This document shows, in pieces, positions 55,416 to 64,000 of a stretch of DNA of 64,000 bases. The DNA is taken from assembly GCF_006345805.1 (NCBI RefSeq), contig NC_043000.1:121830001-121894000 (forward strand), read 5' to 3'. This stretch comes from Octopus sinensis (taxonomy: Eukaryota). The position numbers were made by a program, and so were the translations under genes. The notes under the pieces are model-generated. The model did no database searches. It was not told the DNA's origin and worked only from the letters and a program-made list of their open reading frames with translations. The number at the start of each line of letters is the position of its first letter. Within the stretch, counting starts at the first letter, position 1.

Positions 55416-55589
55416 ATGTTACATTACTCAATAGTCAAGATAAAACTCTGAGTTTCAGATGCCGAAGTGGAAATCCACAACACCATCTCTTCGGTTATCT
55501 GGCCAGATAACCGAAGAGATGGTGTTGTGGATTTCCACTTCGGCATCTGAAACTCAGAGTTTTATCTTGACTATTGAGTAATGTAACAT
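55416..55589. repeat. Perfect spacerless 174-bp palindrome centred on GGCC (55501-55504)
   Basis: 87-bp arms are exact reverse complements. Confidence 0.95.
55505..55567 (+). ncRNA. Hammerhead-like motif (U4C core); mirror copy on - at 55438-55500
   Basis: agataa-CCGAAGA-gatg...catc t-GAAA-ctcagag-TT-ttatct. Confidence 0.62.
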
Positions 55590-55685
55590 TATTTTATAGA
55601 TAAATTTCCTCTATTTACATGATATTGAGGTCTCTTTCTTTCTTTTGTTATCTTACCGTTTTTACCAATATATACATATATATAT

Positions 55686-55735
<50 letters not shown>

Positions 55736-55751
55736 CAGTGTATATATATAT

Positions 55752-56166
55752 ATATAAATACAGCGTACATTTAAACACATATGAGGTATCCGCCATAGGT
55801 TTCCTTTCCTGATAGAAGGAACAATTAAAGCTGTTAGGGATAAAAACTCGAAGGGAATGAAAAATAAAACCATTTACCATCTATTTCCTGAACCATGGTT
55901 TCAGAGATTTTTTAGCAAATAAAATAACTTGCTGGGAGAGGTCTTTATCAACAGGTACGCCTAGATTAAACATATAAGTACGCGACAATTATGTGCTGAA
56001 AAAGTCTGAACCATGGTCCAGGAGATATATGGTAAATGTTTTTAATTTTCATTCCCTTTGAGCTCTTATCCCTAATTAGTTGTTTGGACTTTAGCTGTTC
56101 CTTCTAGCGTTAAGAAATCTGATGACGAATACCTCTTAAGTGTTTAAATGTACACTGTATTTATAT
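55752..56166. mobile_element. Third, more diverged fold-back element (arms about 55752-55922 / 55989-56166)
   Basis: Reverse-complementary arms (tacagcgtacatttaaacac / gtgtttaaatgtacactgta; accatgg; taggga/tcccta). Confidence 0.8.
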
Positions 56167-56246
56167 GAATAATATATAGTCTATTCACTAATTTTTTCTA
56201 CATACTAAGCCACAGGTAGTAAATTTTTTAAAAATCTTTATTAGCC

Positions 56247-56344
<98 letters not shown>

Positions 56345-56877
56345 ATGTGTGTGTGTAGCCATAAATTTGTAATACTCTTAGATGATCGATTATGACCTTG
56401 TACTTTGAATTTCAAGTGAATTTTCCTCATAGCAAAACTACGTGTGATACCGAAGCCATAAAACAGTACAGTATAGTCAAGTTCCCACTTTCGAGGGACA
56501 GATGCCAATAGAAATATAGACGTGTTTGCAAAAGGAACCAGGACACTACAATGGTTTACAGATATGACAGTGTTTTATTGTGAAAGCGGCGTGCATTGCT
56601 TCTACTGCTTCAAAATTATCGGCCATTGTTTGTTTGTGGATCTCTGACACCCGACTGAGAAATTATGCTCGCATGATGTGGATGCACATTTACACTCACA
56701 TCCCTGCGCGCACACTCACACAGTGATGCATCACAGGAACTCCTATGTAATCGCTAAAATTCTTTACCTACCTCTGCAAACGCTTCTAAGATTTCTTCGA
56801 ATTTTTTCCATCTCTGTTCTCTACTGTTAATTTCGTTCGTTCAAACGTTAAAATTAGGTTAATATATGATACAACTC

Positions 56878-57122
56878 ATTTACTCTTTTACTCTTTTGCT
56901 CTTTTAACTTGTTTTAGAAATGTAACTGCGGCCATGTTGAAGCACCGCCTTTAGTCGAGCAAATAGACCACAGGACATATTTTTAAAGCCTTGTACTTAT
57001 TCTATAGGGCTTTTTGCCGAACCGCAAAGTTGCGGGGACATAAACACACCAGCATCAGTTGTCAAGCGATGTTGGGGGGTCTAACACAGACACGCACACG
57101 CACGTACACAGACACACACACA

Positions 57123-57177
<55 letters not shown>

Positions 57178-57186
57178 ATATATATT
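56878..57186 (-). mobile_element. SINE family A, 3' half (split by Penelope insertion)
   Basis: Tail and 3' core ending in the internal (CA)n(TA)n. Confidence 0.8.
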
Positions 57187-57244
57187 ATTAGTGAATTGAG
57201 GAAATGGAGTTGAACGAAGATTGAACAGAATTCCTTTTATTGCA

Positions 57245-57324
57245 TTCTACACATGTTTCAAAAGCCACAATTTTCCAAATTCTGATTAAATAAGGATACC
57301 ATATTGTGGCTTTCTCTTCAGGAA
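57245..57324 (-). ncRNA. Type I hammerhead ribozyme, canonical core
   Basis: ttc-CTGAAGA-gaaagccacaat...attgtggctttt-GAAA-catgtg-TA-gaa; 12-bp stem II. Confidence 0.88.
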
Positions 57325-57917
57325 AAAAATAGGAATTCCGTTGGCAGAACAAAACAGAACAGAGGCGCAGCAAGGCAATTTGAACGAGGAGGCTCTTTAA
57401 GAGCCCATGGCTGAACTGATTATCAATGTACGTTGAAATCGGGTGGTGGGTGCGTTGAAGATATTTACAGGTCAGGCGGCGGTCAAATCCAGTAGGTGAG
57501 AGCAATGGGTGTGGAGATGTTCTGTGTGACCAAAACTAAAATTCTGAATATTTTAAGAATACTGGGTGTATTTTTGGGGGGCGAGACAAAAACTACCTAG
57601 AAGCATGTATGTGTGTACTGGCCTATGTGTGCGCGGCCGTATGTTGGTAAAAGGCGCTACATAATGGTCACTGCTGAAAAATTCGTCAGGCGGCAGAAAA
57701 TATTTTTGTGTTCGTGTGTTCGTCTAGGCCTGCTTGTCAAAAAATTAACGTCGTCAAAGAATCCTAAGGGTATATAAAATTCCTGCGTTTGCTTCCAAAA
57801 CAAACCACCATTCGCCTAATGGGAGTAAATTCCCCTTGCAAGGGTTATTCATATATTTCTTAAAAAGCTCTTTCAAAAATTATTTCCAAGGATTATTGGT
57901 GCTAATTATCTTAGGTA

Positions 57918-58739
57918 TCATTTATAAGCAAGATAAGTATAACGCCGCCAATGGGGACATCGAAGAGCCGACTGTAAAAGTCCGTTTACCAACCGGTCTC
58001 TGGTGAACAATATGTGGAAAAGCTCAGAGACACAAAGATTGCACTTCCTTCTGCCCCTATCAAATGGGAGGGCCACCGACAAAATAGACCATTCCAGCCT
58101 GAAACCTGAGTTCGCGTTCTTCAAACCCCATATAAGCTTGCTAAGTCCCGTAGCTTGGTATTTATTCACATCGCAAAAAGTTGCGAAATGGTTGGAAATT
58201 CGCAAGGCCAATTTTGACGATGAGGCCCCGACATACGAGTAGACATCTGAGTCCGTGTAAACCTTACATTGGTAAATGGCATTTCTGATCTTGGAGTTAT
58301 TCGACAAGAACCTTATTCTATTGGGATTAGCTTCTGAAATTAGAACTGCGTTACTGTTACTATATTTATTGCGAGAACTGCGGCCGCTTACTACTTTATA
58401 TTCCTCAAATTCACTATTTATTAACGGACTAACCCTTGAGTCTTCCCTATCACTGAGAGCGCTGTAAATGCTAGTATCCGTGGGCCTGCTATTGCCGGAA
58501 ACGGTGCTGGAGTTGCTATTAGGACTCTCTACATTAATGACCCGAGCTGCGCTCACCTCACTATTGCCATTACTAACGTTAATGACATCACCATTTCTTC
58601 TATCGCTACATCTAGTATTTAATCCCTGGTTGGTACTGAGGTTATCAGTCACTGTACTGGCTCTCTTATCATTATTACTACTATTATTATTCCTACTGAG
58701 CGTTAAACTGGGAGCGGACGGAGCTGCGCCTCCGGACAA
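57918..58739 (-). CDS. Ser/Asn-rich linker plus GIY-YIG endonuclease (frame open upstream to about 58960)
   Basis: AIYQC..SYVGASS..LALRISNHFATF..ATGLSKLIW..CNLCVSE..LVN..RCPH; upstream IWFVIPFGKQIRTN is in the same frame. Confidence 0.88.
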   Translation of the reverse strand: MSGGAAPSAPSLTLSRNNNSSNNDKRASTVTDNLSTNQGLNTRCSDRRNGDVINVSNGNSEVSAARVINVESPNSNSSTVSGNSRPTDTSIYSALSDREDSRVSPLINSEFEEYKVVSGRSSRNKYSNSNAVLISEANPNRIRFLSNNSKIRNAIYQCKVYTDSDVYSYVGASSSKLALRISNHFATFCDVNKYQATGLSKLIWGLKNANSGFRLEWSILSVALPFDRGRRKCNLCVSELFHILFTRDRLVNGLLQSALRCPHWRRYTYLAYK

Positions 58740-59137
58740 AGGTGGTAGGGTTTTAATAAGCAGCCTATTATTATGGGAGGCGATTATCTGGGAAACGTTT
58801 TTTGTGTTGGAGAAAGCTATCCTAACTTTATGCGAATTAACCGTGGAGTAATATTTGGAATCTCTGGGGAAGTTACTGGCGATGGCTTGTCGAAACAGGA
58901 GGGGAAGGTTAGTTCTAATCTGCTTACCAAAGGGAATTACAAACCATATATACTTATTCCTATTTATGTGATGGGTCGGGAAGCCAGCTCTAACATTAGG
59001 GTGGGTGATTATAGGATGAATAACGGGTTTTGGTTTAGTGTGAACTCCCCCGGACCGATAATTATCTTTGTTCCCTAAATTAAATCCGGAAGTACCTGCT
59101 CTAACACTCCCCGCGCTCCCGTCACTACTTAAATTAT

Positions 59138-60056
59138 TTATGTTATTATAGACGCCGTATCCTGATGACCGAATGGTGGCATCGGAAGGGTTGGATCAAT
59201 ATATACTACCTTCTGCCTATAACCGGCTTTGGATAGTGCGGCGTTATAAAATTTCGCTTTCTGCATAAAAATGTCGGCACTAGCGGACAAGTTAGACAAT
59301 CTTAGAGAGATGTTTTTAACCAAATTGTCTGTTACGGTCTTGGCATGATTGGAGAAGGCACTGACATACTTCAAATTAGTGGAAGGCTTATGGTAAGGGC
59401 AGTATGAATCGCTATGGAGGTTTAGTGTAACGTCTAGGAAATTAGCCTTGGTGAGTTCATTATCAAAAACTATATTCATGCCCATTCTATTAAAGAACCT
59501 AGCTAACCTATTCTTAGTTTTCTGTACGATTCTGTTCGTGGTGCTTTGCAGGTAAAACAGACAATCGTCCCGATACAGGCCGCCCGCGATATCCGGGAAT
59601 TGGTCGGACAATTCGTAGAGAATATAGATTCCGACCAAATCGGCTATCTGCGCACTATTCGAACTACCCATAGGCACATCGAATTCATTGGGAGTATCTT
59701 TACGAATCCACAACTTATTTTCAAACCTTATAAATGATTTTCTGGCAACTAAAATAATATCAATTTCTTCTCTAGTGAGGCCTGCCTTGTTGTGAGCATG
59801 CCAAAGGGCCTTATTTAGTACACTAGGGTTAAGCGAGGGGTAGAAGCTGGCGATATCAAACTGAATAAACCTAGTACGGTTCTTCTTTGGGATGGAAGAG
59901 AACCACTTCACTACCTGCGAGGAGTTAGCCCAGAGGCTAAGCTTTAGCTTATTTAGTAAACTAGGGATATATTTATCTAAAATGTACTTACTGATGGTCC
60001 CGATATCAGAACTAGCAGGGCAAATGAGTCTTAACGCTGGGTTGGTGTAGAAATTC
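59138..60056 (-). CDS. Penelope RT core and thumb (the first ~28 aa of the called ORF derive from the SINE)
   Basis: YRDD, FLDVTLNL, PYHKP, YVSAFSNH and YNAALSKAGY. Confidence 0.9.
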
Positions 60057-60224
60057 ATATACGACAGGCGTCTTTCAGTTTCCGTCAACCGAATCCACTC
60101 ACAAAGCTTTGGTCGGTCTGAGGTTATAGTAGAAGACACTTGCCTAAGGTGCCATTCAGTGGGACTGAACCCGGAACCATGTGGTTGGTAAGGAAGCTAC
60201 GTACCACACAGCCACTCCTGCGCC
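60057..60224 (-). mobile_element. SINE family A, 5' half (head)
   Basis: Continues where 56878-57186 stops. Confidence 0.82.
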
Positions 60225-61009
60225 ACAACTGACTAACTTTAATGTATTATTTTCTCCTTGGTGGTTTGGTGAATTTGTCACACCATTTTTTTTTTTCGCT
60301 TTTACTGTCTTAGAAGATGTATCACCGCCTTACCCTCTAATTTTCCTTCCTCAAAAATTCTACAAAAGTGAAAGACAATAAGTAGATGTGATAAAATTGT
60401 GTATAACAACATCTAGTTAATATTTTTTATAAAATTCCCGTATTCACTAAAACATCTCCCAGGAATTGAACTTTATGTACTAAAATTCTCAGCTGCCTAT
60501 TGAAAATAAATCGATATAGATTGATGCATGTCAATCCAAAACGCATTGGAAATTCAAGTTAAAAACATTCTTAGAAATATTTTTAAAAGATCTAAATTCT
60601 ACCGAACAAATTTATCTATAACTGTTTCAAACTAGTTCATTCTCTCTGCAACAATTTAATCTATCGTTAGATATTCATAAAAATAGAACAACGTTGTGAT
60701 TAAAATTCTTAATAATATACAATTGAGAATCATATTTATCTTTCACCTACATAAAAGATTATTTTTATCTCTATATAACATTATTTCGATTTCAGGCTTT
60801 AAAATGAATGACCCAGAAGAGTGCTGTTCACTGACGTGAAAAAAAACACTCTTTTATAATCAGCGGTTTTAACCAAACTGATTTTCAATGTTTTAAATAT
60901 ATATTGCTTACACCCGACTACCAGTTGTAATTTTTTGAACGAGTATGATTGATTTGTGAATTATAATATAAATGATACTATTTTTTTTTAAATAATAGTT
61001 AGATTATGG

Positions 61010-61139
61010 CTTCCTAACCATATGGTTCCGAGTTCAGTCCCACTACGTGGCACTTTGGGCAACTGTCTCCTACTATAACCTCGCGCCGACCAAAGACTTG
61101 TGATTGGATTTGGTAGACAGAAACTGAAAGAAGTCGGTC

Positions 61140-61178
<39 letters not shown>

Positions 61179-61385
61179 TCTGTGTCCGTCTTTGACCCCC
61201 CCGCCATCATTGCTTGACAACCGATGTTGGTGTAGTTACGTCCGCGCAACTTAGTGGTTCGGCAAAATAGACCAATATAATAAGTACTAGGCTTACAATA
61301 AATAAGTCCTGGGGTCGATTTGCTCGACTAAAGGCCGTGTTCCAGCAGGGCTGCTGTCAAATGAGTGTAACAATTAAAGGAATTT
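61010..61385 (+). mobile_element. SINE family A
   Basis: Near-full copy. Confidence 0.85.
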
Positions 61386-62237
61386 AGAGATTATTTCATA
61401 ATCTTTTCTACAAATTAGAAAAATAATATAAAAGCATACAGTAATGTTTTTTGGGGGGCTGAGCCAGTTCATCACACCAACCACAGTGCTGAACCGGCAT
61501 TTAGTTTATTTATCTCCAGAGGATGAATGGTAAACTTAGTCTCATGGAATTTGATACCAGAACTTAAAGATGGAAGATGAATCTGTCAACTTCTAATAAT
61601 GATAATCGTGTCATTTTCACCCTCTAATACCTGAAATAATAATTGCTGTGATATATCTATACAGTCGTTGATTCTACCAATAATTCTGAGAACATTAACG
61701 TTCACTTGGACCTAAGATTAAGTTTAGAGTGTAATATGATTAGTTTAGTGACATTTATCCATCAGATTTAACTAACATTATTCTAATTTTCTAATTACGG
61801 ATTATGGTATTACTACGCTCATTATAAAACTATCAATTAATAAAACATCATATCTTGGCCAGCAGAATGCAGTCTTCAAATTCAGGAAATTGCCATCAAG
61901 TTTGTGTTCAGTTTATTTATAATATGCGTTCGTTCTCACTTATTTATTATTTAAGAAATTGAAAGCAAAGCATTGAAAAATAAATGTTTGTAGATAACTT
62001 AACTTGTAAAAATGTAGGATTAACAGTTCTGTTTTCTTAATTTTACAGATTATTCGGCTTTGTGGAATGGATGAAACTCGAAACAATGAATTCGATACAT
62101 ACACGGAAACTTATAGTAAAATATACTGGATCCGTTTCACGAGTTTTATTTTGCACACACAAGATCCAAATTTTGAACGAAGTACAAAAGTTTCTACTAA
62201 CATAACGAATGATTCTGCGTATATACTGTAATATAAT

Positions 62238-62668
62238 CTTTTACTCTTTTACTTGTTTCAGTCATGTGATTGAGGCCATGCTGGAGCACCGCATTTAGTC
62301 GAGCAAATCAACTCCAGGACTTATTCTTTGTAAGCCTAGTACTTATTCTATCGGTCTCTTTTGCCGAGCCGCTATGTTACCGGGACGTAAACACACCAAC
62401 ATCGGTTGTCAAGCGATGTTGGGGTGACAAACACAGACACAAACATATACACACACATACATATGTAAATACGATGGGTTTCTTTCAGTTTCCGTCTACC
62501 AAATCCACTCACAAGTATTTGGTCGGCCCGAGACTATAGTAGAATACACTTGCCCAAGGTGCCACACAGTGAGACTGAACCCGGAACAATGTGGTTGGTA
62601 AGTATGCTACTTACCACATTGCCACTCCTACGCCTACAAGCTACTTACCATACAGCCACTCCTACGCC
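62238..62668 (-). mobile_element. SINE family A with tandemly duplicated head
   Basis: gctacttacca..gccactcctacgccta occurs twice. Confidence 0.85.
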
Positions 62669-63606
62669 TATTTATTATCTTCAGTGAAATTTTCAGCATC
62701 TTTCTTAGATGGGGTTGATTGTTATGTTACTTGTGCATTTGAAACTTGCGTTTTAATACTATAACGTAAGAATTTGACGAAAGTAAAATAATTCCGGAGA
62801 ATAATTGGCAAATTATTTTTAAAATACCATATTGTTTATGAACCAATAAGTAAAACCGAGATATCTTTCATCTTTTAGTTCTTTATTTTTTTTAAATATC
62901 ATTGGACTGTGACCATGGTGTTGGAAGAACTTGAAATAATTTAGTTAAACGAATTCGCCCCAATGCATATTATTTCAATCTGGTACTTATTCTATTGGGC
63001 ACTATTGCTAATTTATATGTATGTAAAGAATCCAACAGCGGCCATTAAGCGGTGAGGAACAAACAGTCAAAAACGATCACTTACATAGACATACTCACAT
63101 ATTATATACATCAATAATTTCCTATAGTGCCAGCGTTATAAATCGTAATTCGTTCCCAGAAAAATATTTTAACTGGAAAATTTATGAAAGTAGTAAATAA
63201 ATGTCAACAAAACAAGAGAAGAAAGTAAAGAATATTTTATGGAAAGAAAAAGAATGCCAAGATCAGTTATAATAAAAATTATTATTAATATAATCATTTC
63301 TGAATTATTTTCAGTTGCACTTGACTTGCATACCCTATACTTTGTAGACGAGATCACCGATTCACAAGCACTCGTAGACGGACCTGTAGATTTCCTTTTC
63401 AAAACCAAGTCTAGAGTTGTTTGCTTAGAAGAAGCTTCTTTTTTGATCTCTATAAACTTGTCGCTAACACGCAGAATAATTTGTTATAGTAGTAGAAACT
63501 TTTTCACTTCCTTCAAAATTTGGATTTTGTGCTTGGAAAATGAAACTCGTAAAGCAGATCTTCGTAAAATGACGTATTACCGTATATATATTTACACATT
63601 TGCACT

Positions 63607-63696
<90 letters not shown>

Positions 63697-64000
63697 GCAT
63701 GTATATATATATATATATATTACATCTATCTAATCTATTATCTATATCTCGTCTAGCTCTATGCATATGCCTACTAAATTCATTCACAAGGTATTATTCG
63801 GCCTAGGAATTTAATGGAAGACACCTGCCAGATTTGTCAATGGGGTGTGAGGTAAGTTGTTCTACCTGTCTATGAGCTTCAGTTGTTTGAACACCAGGCG
63901 CTCCGAGAGACCGATCTCTACCTGGCTAATTCGCAGACTGCCGGCAAATCCAAACTGTTTGTGCGTTAAGTATGTGAGGACGATAATGTTTATTTTACTA

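Larger units (their letters stand above)
57187..60056 (-). mobile_element. Penelope-like retroelement, 5'-truncated
   Basis: RT (RLICPASSDIG, QFDIASFYPS, PMGS, YRDD, NFLDVT), GIY-YIG and a 3' region with a canonical HHR. Confidence 0.92.

Noticed and set aside
56119-56166. CTGATGA in the third fold-back arm as an intact hammerhead
   Set aside because: No downstream GAAA or UH; at most a truncated remnant.
59158-59200. CTGATGA plus ccga/tcgg hairpin antisense to the RT end
   Set aside because: No GAAA or valid stem III and cleavage triplet; probably coincidental.

Overview
AT-rich, microsatellite-dense animal non-coding DNA. The SINE families look cephalopod/Octopus-like (inference). No host protein-coding gene is convincingly supported. 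The window is almost entirely transposon-derived: (1) three Penelope-like retroelements (RT plus C-terminal GIY-YIG) at 1-4758 (+, near full length with duplicated pseudo-LTR), about 34120-35450 (+, 3' fragment) and about 57187-60056 (-, 5'-truncated, nested in a SINE); (2) about 15 type-I minimal hammerhead ribozyme (HHR) motifs, some canonical and some with core variants (U3:A8 covariation, U4C), in pseudo-LTRs, in a ~540-bp tandem array and in several fold-back elements within (TA)n tracts; (3) an ORF1-only LINE-like insertion with a 17-bp target-site duplication; (4) R4/Dong-like RLE LINE fragments, Tc1/mariner fragments and many SINE copies. Most short ORFs in the track are microsatellite or SINE read-through artefacts. 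All alignments and folds were done by eye.
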